Positions 11,701-26,559 of a stretch of 64,000 nt of DNA are shown in pieces (position 1 is the stretch's first letter; the number at the start of each line of letters is the position of its first letter). The stretch covers positions 1,054,001 through 1,118,000 of the forward strand of contig OZ025787.1 of the NCBI GenBank assembly GCA_964019425.1, given 5' to 3'. The translations under genes and the position numbers were made by a program. Under the pieces are notes generated by a model, which ran no database searches, was not told where the DNA came from, and was given only the letters and a program-made list of their open reading frames with translations. This stretch comes from Flectonema sp. DT1601. Taxonomy: Eukaryota.

Positions 11701-14700
11701 TTCTATCTGGTGGGAATAGATGTTGTTCTCCTCTATCAGAATTAACACTTAAGAGGTCACTCATTGTTAAGTTACTGAATGTCTGTTCACTAGTTTCAGG
11801 TGCTTCATGAAAGATCATTCTAAAACCAACACCAGCTAGCGGTGCAGGGAAATCATTTGGAACAATAGTGTAGTTGAGAGGATTTGAAACTGAAAAGAAT
11901 ATCTTTTTAGGCTGAGCGACCCACGCTGCGACAGCTATGCTGTGATAACATATTGTAACTTCCTCAGATGCAAGCCAAAGAGCAGAGTCAGTCATTGAAT
12001 ACGTTTGATTTAGTACTTGTAATCTAGTCCCATCAGTATCCCCTAACGTAGTACATGTTGAGGTGGTTAATTGCATACGATCACCTTCGCGAAGATCGTC
12101 ACCAATAAAAGCAATCGAAAACCTCTTTCTCGCCTCTGGAGCCGCAGGTGTCGTAATATACCTGTGAGGGTTCCTAGGATGGAGTTCAAGAACACAGTTG
12201 CCTCCAGCATGAGCATATAGCTCTCCATTTATTTTATAACAAATATTGTACGATAGAGAACTGTGAAGTTCAATTCCTAATACGTTATCAATATTAAGAA
12301 ACATATCTGTATCAACTTCAGTACTACCAGATGTCGCAGAGTTAACGTTTAGAATATTAGTTCCTGGAGATGGATCTTCAGAACACGATTGATTGGAATA
12401 AACGAATTTAATTTCATCATTTGAAGAAAGTGGAGTTGTTGCTCCAGTAAGAGGATTTATAAATATTCTGACCGAGTATCCCACTCGTGACTTTGCTGGA
12501 AGTTGACACCCAGCGGGATGATAAGCACTCACATCCAGTTCAAGCCCCCGTATCGGAGGTGTAGAACAGTCTGAAAGCTCATAACACGCATACCACCTCC
12601 CAGATTGTGAAAATTCCATTTTCGCTTTAGCTACGGTAGACCCCTCAACTGATATCACGTTTGTTTCACTTTGTGGATTAGCACAATTTAGTGATTGCGA
12701 TATAAATAACTTGTCTGATATCTTCAAACCGATTCCTTCAATTGTAACATCCAACAGTTGACCTGCTCTTGCTGATGTCGGTGTGAGAGAAACAGCAGAA
12801 GGATTATGTTCTAAAACAGTAAAAGAATCAACATACAACCACGATTGTCCACTAACTTGATAACACACGTAGTAAACTCCCGCAACCCAATTTTGAATCG
12901 GAGATAACGTTGAAGAGAATTCCCCACTGACATTAACACTGAAGAATGAAATATCACCAGTATTGAGACAAGCTTCAGAACAACAACGAGTTTGAGTCAC
13001 CGCTGCAGTATCATTTTCAGTTGGTCGGATGTCAAGAGCGTGATTTGTATCAAACTCAACAGATATAAGGTGATCAACACTAGCAAACTCACACTGGTCG
13101 TCAATAAAAGTTCTCACAGGTGTTTTCTTCCCAACTGAAAACGAACAAATACTCGTCGCAAAAGCAACAGAGTTAGGCTGCGAATCTGCCCCCAAAAAAC
13201 AAACCTCAAAACTACCTTCATCAACAGGATCCACTAAGACTGGAGACTCAAGCCAAGGATAGACAGCCTGGTCTAGGTTGTCACCACATCTGTGATTTGC
13301 CGGAGCTATTTGATAAACCCCTGCAGTGTTAGAGTTAATAGCAATATACTGTCCTGCAATCACAACGTCAGGTGCAGTACATGGAGCAATAGCAACATAT
13401 TCCTGAACAGTTATGTTACAGAGTCGACCCCAACCTGTTGTCTCGGGATAGAGACAAATATAGAAAGTCGATGATGCATTTTGATCACTCAAATATTGCG
13501 AAATTTTAAACGTACTAACATTAACATAAGACAGCTCCTCAATAATATTTGAGCAGTCTGCTGATACTGACAAACCTAATATTGATGACGTCCCTAAAGT
13601 AACATCTGTGTTACCAATATAAGGTAAAGCCTCACTTAGTCTTCTTGCTGGAACTGTCCAAATGTCTGAACCAGGTGGGTTCGTCGCAGTTGAGGGTTGT
13701 ATCGCACAAGAAGCGAATTGTTTAATTGTTAGTAATTCCGGAAGACTAGACATTTGATCAAGAACTTCTCCAGTTAGTCCATAACATATCAAATACTGTC
13801 CTGGTGGTAGAATTCCTGAGAAGGAAGCTGAAAAAGATTCGTTAACAGTTGTTGCTGACATCACAGAGTCGGGAGAGCATCCGACTCCAGGAGAAAAGGT
13901 TTGAAGTCCAACATAGTCTCCAACCGTCAGGTTTACTCCAACAAATTGAAGAGTAAAATTTTGAGTTGAAAATACTTCAGACGGAGCAGATACAAATCTC
14001 GAAGGGTTGGCTTCAGAAACAGTAAACCCACACTGTGAGTCTGCCAAACTTGGTGATGTTTCACATCCAAAGCAGAGGGGTACCCAAACCCCTCTTTGAA
14101 TGTCCAACCAACAGACTCTGACATCGATAACTTCTCGTGATGATAAGTATACTTGCCATTCAAGACTTGTGTCACTTATTCTGTTTGTTGTAAATCCGAC
14201 TGACGGAGTTTGTCCGCAATCCATCCCCGATGAGTATTCAAAGAATCTCAACTCGTCTCCGATATCAGCTGAAGCATTCACAATCCCAAATGGAAATAGA
14301 TTTAAAATAATTTGTTGTCCAAGGCGAGGTGACTCTAAAACTGATTTAGTTGCTGAGGTATCTAATGATGAAGCACATCTTATTAACTGATTCGATACAA
14401 TCAACTCAATTGGTATTAAAGACCAACTTGATTGTGGAAGCATATAACAAACATGAAATCTCTGTTGAACACTACCCTCAACTATGAATTGACTTGATCT
14501 GTCTGGTAGATTACCTAACGTGACAGCAACACCTGCAGCAGCTGAGGCATCACAAAACAATCCGTTGTGGGTTGCTGAGTTGATTAACTTAATAGCACCT
14601 CCAATTGGTAGGTCTGGTTCAGTTGGATTCGATTGAAAAAACAGTTGAAGTTCTTCACCCAGAAGTGTGTCACCAACAACACTCCAACTGCTAGGATGTT

Positions 14701-17700
14701 CTCCAAGAACTATAAATAAATCAGGTTGAGGGATCTGAACATAAGAAGCTCCCACAGCATTCAACTTATAACAAACAGAAACACCAACAGAATGAGATGA
14801 TGAGAATGACGAGTACTGACCTTGAGTAGTAATTGATATCTGTTGTTGTATTTCAGGAATTGAATTACTTGGTCGTAATACCGGCAACACTACATCAGTA
14901 CTTCGATTAGAACACGTTTCATTAGATAATATTAAGAAAGCTTCATTCTGTTGTGATAGCTCTCCATCTGTACCAGTCACAGTTAGAGATACTTTTTGTC
15001 CAACTCTTGGAACTGATGGGAAGATAATAAAACTACTCGGATGTGGTGGATTCACAGTAATCACTTCATCAAACTGAGACCAATCTTCATCAGTACCTTG
15101 TAACCTGTAGCATAGTAATAATTGTGTTGCGGTAGTTGGTGTTGTAAATTGATATCTTAAATCAGAATCAATCTCACCACTGAACACTGTTGGATGGTTT
15201 GACCAACACGTTACACTACCTGGACTGCTATCAATTAGTTTGATGGAATCACCTTCTGAAAGAGTAGTTCCAGGACCCTGAGTAAATGATATATTAACTA
15301 ACTGTCCAGCATATATCCTCTGAGGAAGTGTACCATAACCTGACGGATTCGCTTCATTCACAGTCTGAGATTGTAGTGTCGAAGCAGCTCCGAGAGAGGT
15401 TAAAAAACAAATTTGTAATTCACCTGCTGACCTTATTAACAAACCTGCTGAACCACCATCTCCACTTGGAACCAACGAACCAGATATTTGAGAGTCACTG
15501 TTAGTAAGTGTTCTACAAGCAACAGTAGACGCTATAATTAAATCAGACGATGAATAAATATCATTCAGCGCACCATCAGAACCCCCTGTCACTGTTACTG
15601 TTAATAATTGACCAGCTCTGAATGGAACGTTTTGAACAATTTCATGAGAAGATGGTCTTGGTGGATGAACTTGCAATAAATCACCCTGAAGATTCATCCT
15701 GACATCAAAGTAAGACCCAATTGAGCTATTGTAGTAACAAACATAAGTTGAGTCGTATTGTTGTGTAAAACCTGTGGATTCGATTGATATTAAAGTCGAG
15801 TCGTCATTTACGACCCAACTGTTTGAGTTGACTGAGTCAAGGAGTCTATCATAAGATAGGTCTCTATTACTCAGATCAATACAAGGAGACGATATCTGAT
15901 CCGGTCTGGGAGCACTTATCACTGTCACGTTGTCTAAGAAGAACACAAATTGAGTTTCAATATTCAAAACTAAATTCTCCACCGATGCTCTTCCCGGTAG
16001 TGGTTGTAAACCCGTACTCGGAATGAGTGGCGCAACGACAGTTAAATAAGAATTCGACAAGTCTGCAAACGGAGGGACTGTCACCCAACTATCTACAGTG
16101 CTGTTAAAATAACATATTTGATACATTGTTTGTACCGATTCATAAGGCAAGATCATATCAAGTCTTATCGTCTGTGAGTCAACCGTGAAAACTGATGTAT
16201 TCCACAAAAGGTTTTGTAGGACTGGTGTCGATTGACAATCTCCGATTTCTGTTATTTTAATTTCATCATTGATTCCGATATCAGAAGGAACGTCTTCCAG
16301 AGATAATTGGATTTGAATAACCTGACCTGAAGTGATGACATCAACAGCAGGTATTATATCAAATCTCGAAGGATTCCCAACAGATACTTCAAACGTTGAT
16401 CCAGAAATAAAAGAGAGAGTCCCTCCTGATAATTGATAACAAACAGAATACGTTCCTGTCGTGAGTTTTAAATTTGATAATGTCGGAAAAGTATCAAACT
16501 GCGATGATCTTGCTGAACACTCATCACAAGCTGGAGTGATGGAAGTTCCAAAGTCAGGATAACAACCAACAGAAGACCCTCTTATTATTATTATTTGATC
16601 ACCACCTCCAATAGAAGTCCCAATAACAGAAGTGATTGATGTCAATACTCCATTCATCGGTGATTCTGGTGATAGCACCACAGCAGTTGGATCAGACATA
16701 CTAACTGATAAGGGATTCCCAACTTGGTACCAATTTCCAAATCTATCTTTAAAACAATTCAGATAAGTAACATCTGAATCCCTTGCTGGTAATATAAACT
16801 CAAATCTACCAGATTGTGCCAATACTGCATTAGCTCTTGGGATTAAAGCGTCTTGATGAGATCTGCTTGCAAGAGTACAAAAGTTTAACGTACTTGGAAT
16901 AAGGATTGATTCATACGGTTCAGTAGACAACACGTCGATAGTTCTATCGGGAGTTGAAGTTAATGTGTTCGCCATTGTGAGGATTTGACCAGCTCTGACA
17001 TTCGCCGGAAAAGTAACATATCCGCTTGGATTCGTCTCTACTACTTCAACGACACCAGCATAAGCTAAAGTATCAACTGATGGTGTCTTTACACAGATCG
17101 TATAAAACCCAATCCTCACAGTGTCTGGTAATGGAGCATCACCTGCAGGGCTAGACAACCAAACAACTTGACGAGAAGGATCACCTCTCTGTGTGTTAAA
17201 AAACACTGCCGCTTCAGTATCTGAACGCAGATTCGTATTTATATCCGTCTGAACTTGACCATTACGATATATAAAACAGTCTTCTCTACAAAGTAAAGGA
17301 TCATTCCCAAAATATAATGAAACTGCCGTGGATACTGCTTCGTCAGTTGGAGTAAACAACAAGACTTGAGCATTAAATAATCCTTTTTGAATTGTATTAA
17401 AATTATTCTGATCTGGAATGGTCGGCACACCAGACAAAGGTCTTACCGCAACTGTTGGTATTTGAGCTCCAGAAACCCCTTGATATAATTGATAAGGAGT
17501 TGTTCCGAATGAAGCTGTTAGTTGGTACGTATTCCCATTGGAAATTGCGCAAAAAATAAAACTGGTTGTGATGTCAGTAATACTTGAAAAAATAATTCCG
17601 TAGTATGAATTTTCATTCAGAACCAGACCTTCGATAGCATTTGTTGAAGAAGAGCAACTAACTGAGTTTGATGGAACAGCAAAAAATCTTTGAAATATCA

Positions 17701-20700
17701 ATCCCTGAACCTCAACAGTCACATTAGCAGTGATGGCAGCACGTCCAGAACTTGGACATGGTTCCAATAATGTTATTGGAGAAAAGTCGATTAAAACCTC
17801 ATTTAAAGGTATTCTACCTCCACCAACTCTCATGTAACAAACACTGTAACTCTCATTAGCAATAACTCTATTATATAATAAAAGCGGTGCAGTCAACGAT
17901 CCAACTGACACTATATCAAAACACCATTCGCTACTTGATAACCCAATAGAGTACTCAATATCAGATCCAGGTCTATCAGCAATGTTAAGTGATGGCAAAG
18001 GTATTTCCGCTCCAAAATTAAATGTCGTTGGAGATACAGCTGACGGTCCGAGATCAACAATTTGAATTATTAAATTGGAATTTAATATTTGATCGTTGAA
18101 CACAATACTATACGTTCCTACTGCTGTGAAGGTAATATCTATTACGTTGGCTGATGACACTCTGGTATTAAATACATTCGTTATTTTCGGACTTAAACAA
18201 TTAGCAGACGCCACGACAAACAACTGAGACACGTCAATAGGATTCGAAAACTGAAGAGCGATAATTTCATTTAATCTGTAAGGGTTGGATGCAGTGGTGG
18301 ATTGCTCAAATCTCAGGATTTGATTTTCAGGTGGTAATACTGTGATTAGTTGAATAAAGTCTGCATCTGTGGAACCCGCAGCACGATAACAAATAGTGTG
18401 CACTCCATTAGAAAGAGTTGATCCACAACCGTCTACTTCTGAAACTGTTCCGTCATCTGACACAGTTCGTAGCGTCAGCTGAACTCGTTCAGTTGTTCCT
18501 CCGCAGTCTGCTTGTTGTCCACTTATTATTTGAATTTCATCACTCATACCTAATGCGTATCCACTAAATCTTAATTGAATAAGTTCAATTCCACCTTCAA
18601 TGAATCTTTCTGGGGAAACGATCTCCACAGACTGTGGATTCTCACCGATAATAAATGGTGTTCCAGGAGGGGTCATTGTCCAGACACTGGAAGCAAGCAT
18701 GAAACAGATTGTGTACTTTCCTCTGACTGCGGTAACCGGATCCCACATTGCATTGAAGATGTTTGGGTCAGTGTTGGTTGATCTAGCGTTGGTTGTTCCG
18801 GTGTTATCAGAACAGGAGTCTCCAAATGGAATTATTTTAGCAGTCCCACCAGTAAGACCAACACCAGTAAATTGAATCTCAATAGCACTATTCAAAGATC
18901 CGCTTATTATTGTAAACTGACTTGGGTTTGACTGACCCACCGACAGAGAACCCGGAGCCACAGCAGCAACAGTACCATCACCAGCTACCCAACACAATAC
19001 ATACTCCCCTTGAACTGTTGAATTAATGACGTGTGGGATTACATCAGAAACACTAACAGGATTTGTTAAGTCTGTACAATCTTGATTTCCTCCAGCGTTA
19101 TTCATTAATAGAGTTCTTGAATTTGTTGAAAGTCGCATGTCAGTAAACACAACTGAAATCTCTAATCTTGATCCTGCAGCTATTGGACTCGGAGGTACAG
19201 TCACGAATGATGATGGATCTGAGTTGTTGAAGTTAACAGTCGCTGAAAGTGAACCCCAAACACTTCGATCATTAACTCTAAAGCAAAGTGTATGAACACC
19301 AGCAACACGTGGGGTTAAAGGAATTGTTGCAGCAAAAGTCGGGTTTTGCCAATTAGCACTCGTGACATCAACAGTAACACTGTTAGCAGTAATACTTTCT
19401 AAACTCATACAAGGATCTGTTGAATAAGTTGAAGGGTCTCCCTGTAAGAGTATTAAATGATAAGTGGTGTCTACGAAGAGCATCGTCGCATCGTTGAAAG
19501 TGATCTGACGAATCTCATAACCTCGTCGACCAGCATGTGGATTCTCAGGAAATATTAAATACGAAGTTGGATTTTGAATTGAAATATCGATTTCTGATAA
19601 CGGAAACCAAATTCCTGTCAAAGCGTGACCAGCAGATCTGCGGTAGCAGAATACATATCTCCCAGGTGTATATGGTGATCGAAGGCGTGAATCTCTAAAT
19701 GTTGTGCAGGCATCAGTCGGGTCAGTGAGACTATTACAACCAACAGAAGCATCAACAATACAAATATCATCACGGTTATCTAACACAACATCCATTGGTG
19801 TTGTAGTGAACTCTAATTCTAATCTCTCCCCACAATATGATATATTCCCTTGATTAGCTATCACAGATAAAGGATTAGCTGGAAGAACTGTCAATTCAAT
19901 AAACATCTCATCACTGGCTGCCAGTACTGGAAACGCGAACTGATCAACTTGCCTTCTACAACAGAGAGTGTATGTTCCTGGAGATGGTAATCGATTAATA
20001 GTAAACATTGAGTTGGTAATAAACCCATTTGATATTAAATCTTCACCAGCATTAGCACAGCTATCGTATGAAGTACTTTGAGGTATTAAGAATCCAACAT
20101 CAGCTGGGGATGTTCTCGTAATATTTAATAGAATCGAAAGGGAAGAATGTGTTCGTAAGACGTCCGGTATTTGAAAATTCCCAAGTCTTGGAAATGAATT
20201 CGTCACAGAGAGTGAACCAGGAATATTAACAGCGTAGAATCGTCGTAGATTCTGTAAGTCAGAAATCGCAACGATTTCATCAAAAATTCGGATGTCAGCT
20301 GCTTCACAACCAGCTGAGCCAATCAACACTTCACTTCCAGGAGATTGCGGCTGTCCAATCGCAACACCATTCAAATCACTTAAACTAATATCAACGACGA
20401 TTACATTATTAGCATACATCCTCAGTCTTCTTGTTGTGATGCTGTTAGCAGTTTCTACTGTGAGTTGCACAGCAATAAAAACCCATTCATTTTGAATTAT
20501 AAAATTAGCCGATAACAACGCAATCTCTGTTGTCACTGACTGGTACACAATCGATACTGATTGTGTTGGAAATGGAATGCTAATTTTAAGTAAAAATGGA
20601 GCTCTTATTTCTATCAAATCTACAGCTGATGCCAACGAAGGGAATCTGGTCCAGAGGGTGAATGTATACCCGACTGAAGGAAGAAGACCTACGGTGGTAC

Positions 20701-23700
20701 TTAAAGATGATGAGAGGATAATGTAAGATGTTGGTTGTTGATTTATAGCACTGACACCCGTTACTAAATTATTATTTAAAACTTCTGAAATGTTTGTTCT
20801 AAGAAGACCAGATCCGTCAGATACAACACCGCCCACTTGACCATCATCTCTAAATATTGTATCGGCAGTGAAAGTATATCTCAGCAAAGATGGGACTCCT
20901 TTTGGTGTTATGGCTGGAGTTCCTACTACAGCAGATCTATTCTTTTGGATACATAAAGTATGAGATATAAACGTGCTGTAATTCACGTGTGATACTTGAA
21001 TAGCATTTCTCACAACTTCTCCAATACCGAAATCATTACCATCAGAAGCACAGTTAACTTCTGTTGATAACGCTAAAGAATACTCACTTGATCCTCCGTA
21101 GAAGTTTCCAAGAATAAACTCATGAGGGAATCCATCAGAATCAGGAAACCCGAGTTTATAATAAAACCACGATGGCTCAGGTGGATTGAAAACAACAACA
21201 AACGACGGAACAGATATTTCATAAGAATATGTTGGTGTTTGATACGAAACACATAGTTTATAACTAACTGCCTGATCAACATAAGGAACAGTCATCTCAC
21301 CTGAAGTATCGTCTGCTGACGTCAGTAAAATAGTCTGCTGAGTAGTAACAAAACAAGACTCAGCAGAATTAACTAAATAAATCCTATCTGTGTCTAATGA
21401 TGTTAATGTGATACCTGATAGCAATACTTTAAAATATTCAAAGCTACTCCAATAAGGAGTTAGTAGAACGTCTGGTGTTGTCGCAGAAGCAGTTGCAGTT
21501 TTAACTCTGATAGAACCTAATAAAGTAAACCCTCGAGAGACTCGTTGATAGCAAACACTGAATTCTGACACTGTTAAGAATTGAATCACCACTTCAGTAC
21601 AAAAGTCACATTGTATAGGAATTCTAAGCCCAGCTTCTAAAACATAATCAGTACCTTCTACTACTGTTGAGGGTTGATCACATGACGCTCCAGTTGTTAT
21701 TTTAACAACGTCATTTAGAGACAATGATCTCTCTTGGTTATCAAATCTAATTCTTAAATTAACAAACTGTCTCACAACATGTCTTCCAAAACTATCACGA
21801 GGACCATCAACAGGAAGAGGTTCAATTGATCTTGGCTGTTGTGGATTTAGTACAAAGTTTCCAACATTAGCCCAGGTAGCGCCAGTTAACAAATAACAAA
21901 TTTGTAACTCAACAGGAGGAGATAAACCCATTTGAGCAACAGCAGTATCATAATACGTCTGACTTAGAGTCCATTCAAGTGTGGTGGGTGATGTGAGAGT
22001 TAAATTGTTATTCGTATTCGATGATGGGACTCCAAAACAAGGTGTTCCAGTAGGTGAGAATCTAATCGTATCCGTGACTGCTAACCCAACTCCATCAAAC
22101 TTGAATACGACTCCCAACTCACCATAAGTTGGATTAGAAGGTGTGATCTCAACACTTGAAGGATTTAATGTTCCGACAGTAAAAGTTCCAACTTTTGTAA
22201 ACACTCCCTGAACTGATGATGTTGCAGCATTAGCTCTCCAATTATAACAAAGAGTGTAGTCACCTGCAGCAAGGATTTGATTAATTCTTAAAACTGAAAC
22301 AGGAGAAGCTCCACTGGAATCAATCGAAACAAAATTTCCATAATACACTTCAAGATCTGCAAAGTATGACAAAACACCCGCCTCACCAGTCATTGGCGTA
22401 TCACTAAATGGTATTTGAGTCGAGGTGCATAGATCAGGATTAGTCGTAATCACAGCAATATCATTAGCTGTACACTCTGGAACAACAGCTGAGTCACCAG
22501 GATTAGAACAGTCGACAGTAATAGTAATTGATTGATTTACTGAAGGAGATGATGGCTCTACAACAATACCTTGAGGAAATCTTCTATTTATTACTAACGG
22601 ATCTGGATTAGGGATCGCTGCAGCAACACCATTTCTAGTGTGGCATAATTTATATTGATTCCCTTCAGCAACTTCAATAGTGTATCTATTTTGGTTAAGA
22701 TGAGTCGCAATAATCTCAACTGCAGGAGTTGCTACATGACACGATCCTTGAACAACTCGAAGTTGATCACCAACAACGAAGTCTGGACTCACCATAGTCA
22801 GCGTAACAGTAATAATCTCATTTGCCCTTGGCACACCTGGTTGCAATTGCGCATTTGATGGATCCGCAGGCGATACTTGCAGACTCTCCGTAAAAGTTAC
22901 GTCACCCGGGACTTGAACTAAAACATTAGTTCGAGCATTAGAACCAGATTCTTGAAGATAACAAATTGTATACGTTGAAGAGAGTAACCCCTCAGTGATT
23001 ACTATTTGCCCCAGAGACCGCGCAGCGTTCACCGAGACGGAATAGCTTCCTTGAAGAGGACACGTTCGATCGATACTACAGTCACACTGAGAACCTTCTA
23101 AAACATCAACAATATCGTTGAGAATTTCAGTACTGCCCATTGGAACTGGAACAGATTGAAAAAAGAATAAAACTACTGACTGTCCCTGTCTAGGCGCTGT
23201 GGTTGTTCCAACAAAAGTATATTCTGGATATGCAGCAGCTACGGGAAATGATCCCAACATTACTGGAGAAGAGGTATTAAAACAGACGATGTAATTTCCA
23301 GGTTCTACATCCGACCATTTAACTAACCAAGATGTTTGTAGTACTTGACCTTGAATTACTTCTCTTCGATTATCAGAAGGACTCTTTACGGCACTCAAGT
23401 GTTCTGTAGCACCATCAGGACATCTACACAGATCAGAACCAACATCAGTACAATAAGGAGACCTTTCAGCATACATCCAAACAGTATTATTACTGGCTGC
23501 TATTAACTGAAGGGTATCTGTTGAAGTTGACGTGTACGTTGCTTCAATAAAAACAGTTTGCCTGCTCCTTACAGGATCTGGTATAGTCCCCTGATATGCT
23601 AACGGTGACGCAACAATTTCCATTGGGAATGTACCAGCTTCGTTAGGTAATGATATAAATGATGAATAATCTCGTGGTTTGTAACAAACAAGGTACGATG

Positions 23701-25759
23701 ATGGGTTGAGACGTAGTAAAGCTTGAGTTCTATCAACTAAAAGGAAAACATTCATTGAGAGTGACCATCTCGTAGTGGTAGGATCACGACAAATACCATC
23801 GTATTGAATTCTTGTAAGACTTTGAGTTATATCAGCTGCGAGAAGTCTAATCACTCGAAACTCATCCTCGTCAGTCTGCGCTGGAGGTGCCGGTGACGAC
23901 AAAACAGGTGAAAACGAAATAGCAAACGTCATCTGTGCATAAAACACGGTATTAAAAGTACTCTCCTGTTGGGGGTTGTACGACGCTGGATTTGTTTGAA
24001 AAACGAATATAGAATTTGTTGACCCTCCGCAATTCTGAGGTTGAGCACTGGCACTGGCTATGACAGATGCCCATGAACCAGGAGAGGAAGCTGAATTTAA
24101 TCTATAGCACACAAGATAACATCCTGCAGTTTGGAATAATATTGATCTCGAGGTAACTGAAGCAGTCTCTATAGTGACATCTGTGGCGTGATTCTCACCG
24201 TTACAAACAGTTTGGTCAGCTGTGTTGACGAAGGCGATTGAATCTACCGATAAATCGAGAGTCACGTCGTCAGCAAAAGAGTTGAAAGAAATAACAAAAT
24301 TCTGTCTAGCCATTGCAATAACATTATTCAATATTGTGTACGATGCTGGTGCTGCAGCTGCGATTACGGAAACCGACGTTCTGACTTTTTTAGTAACTCC
24401 ACTGGCATCACTTTTATAGCAGAGAACAAACCGATGTGAAGTTGTTCCTAAACCTTGTCCTGGAATATCAGAAAACCTGACTTCCGCTGTATTCTGAACT
24501 GAATTTATAACTACCGTACTGATAACATTCGAAGGGAACAACTCGGCAGCAGCATTGAGACAGGCACCGTTTCTCTCAAACCAAATTTCTTCGGTTCCAG
24601 ATAAAGGAACAGCAACACCAGCCGCATCCATTAATGTGATTGAAATAAACTGTTGAACCCTTGGAACAGTTGGAGTGAACTGAGCATTGGCTGGATTAGC
24701 AGGCAGTAAAGTCATTGGAGAAGTACCATCACCTCGATAGGCTACTCTGGATATCTGACCTCCAGAAAGACGAACACAGACTGCAACGCTAGTCGCAGAA
24801 TCATCAATAATTCTAATTGATATAGTGTACTCTGTTAGAGCTGTATTGGTTACTCCCGGGGATGTTATTTCTGATTGAATAGCAGCCTCAGAACATGTTG
24901 GCTGACCACTTCCCCAAGATACAATAAAAACACTCTCAATAGTTTCTGTTTGGTAATCACCCTGAACAACTACAGCCATCGCATCTCTAATTCTTGGTGG
25001 TTGAATAGTAGTAATAGAAGTTGGATTAGATGGTAACACTTGCAGGTGTTGAGGTACTTCATGCCAACTATTAATACGAACTGTTGATACGATAGAAAAC
25101 TTATTGTAACACATTCTATAAAATCCTTCTGATCCAATTCTCAAAGTTGATGAATACACTGCTGTGGTTGGAATAGCTGTCGACCAAACAGTTGGATGTT
25201 CCCACAAGATGGAAGGATTGAGAGCAAGATCTTGGACACAGTTTGCTGCGTGTTCAAGAAGCTGTCCACATTCAATAAGTGTGTTACCGCAAAACTGCAT
25301 TTTAGGATCAGTTGTCGACTGGTCTCCTAAATTCTGAGTCATCTCTGACAGAATAGTAATTCCAGATGAGCGTCCAGCTCTCAGACTCGCTACTGTAGCT
25401 GAAGCCGGGTTTGCAGCAACAGTTCTAAATGTTGTTGGGATGTTTACTGCAGTGGCGACATCTACTGTCGTGTAGCATATTTGATAATCTCCAACAACAA
25501 AATTATTATCAACAGTAAGTGAATAAATCCCTGGTTCAGTTACTGTCAATTCCTTAGTAACAACAACACATCCTCCAACTGCAGCGACGTATAAAGTATT
25601 TAAGTTTGCCTCACCTGTTGTTCGTGTCATTGCAACTCTCAATGTCATTCCTAAATTAGCAAGTCCAGGTCCACCAACATCAAGTCGTGGATCGACATTT
25701 GTAAACTCGTATTCCCATACAGAGTAGGTTAGACACACTAACAGGAACCCATACAGCAT
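8792..25759 (-). CDS. Giant (~5,600 aa) type I membrane/surface protein with tandem Cys-containing beta-rich modules and a LamG-like domain
   Basis: 16.9-kb uninterrupted ORF. Signal-peptide-like start (MLYGFLLVCLTYSVW, ATG 25759), recurring 'C...G.Y.(V/I)CY...NP' modules, TM helix at ~9640-9720, Ser/Lys/Arg-rich tail. Intron 8826..8897 gives a last exon ending at stop 8792. Confidence 0.85.
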
Positions 25760-25987
25760 GACATACAAGTACTATCCCTATTTGTTTAAGGAGGGATCCA
25801 ATTTATTTTGAACTCGTAGTTTCTCTGAATGGGGAAAATAAATAAATTAAAACTACAAAGGTTCAGATGCAACACACTGTTAGACACATTCTCGTCTCAT
25901 CTCCTCATCAAACAGATCAGAGAGAACAAGACATATGAAAATAAGATTAGCGCGATGACCGTGTGTAACTCGCACGTGTAAGGAGAG

Positions 25988-26018
<31 letters not shown>

Positions 26019-26102
26019 CTTATGACTGAAGAACTGTTAAAGACATTCATTAAGCTGAACAGAATGACTTTCACGGAGATGCGACACATTAAAAAAGAAT
26101 AT

Positions 26103-26351
26103 TTAGGCGATAACGTCACCAGGATCCATCGTTTCATATCCACCTGGATTCTTATTAACGTACGGTGGCCAAAACATATTTACGGCTACCGCACCAATTC
26201 CTGTCGGTGCTTTACCAAAGCTAGAACCACCAAAATTCTTATAGCATCCTTCTGTGCAGCTTGCAGCTGATGCAGAATCCACGTTGTCATCACACTTTGT
26301 ACAGCAGCCTTTTAATTGAAGTTTCATTTGATAAGGTGTTAGCTTACCCAT
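26103..26351 (-). CDS. Small Cys-rich hypothetical protein (82 aa)
   Basis: ATG-initiated, non-low-complexity ORF on the strand of all neighbours, preceded by a pyrimidine tract and AG at ~26392. Confidence 0.55.
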   Translation of the reverse strand: MGKLTPYQMKLQLKGCCTKCDDNVDSASAASCTEGCYKNFGGSSFGKAPTGIGAVAVNMFWPPYVNKNPGGYETMDPGDVIA

Positions 26352-26559
26352 TATTTTATATTATAAAGAGAGTGTGAGAGGGAATAATAACCTGATCAAA
26401 AGAAAGATGATGAGATACCAAAATCAGAATATTCGAAGTAAGCAATTGTAATAAGAGAAAAAAAAAAGGTAATTATGTTTTTCAATAACATGCAAGTAGT
26501 ACTAACATCAGGTTATTTAATACTTTTTATTAAAGTGTTTCAGTGTAAATGTGGTGTGG

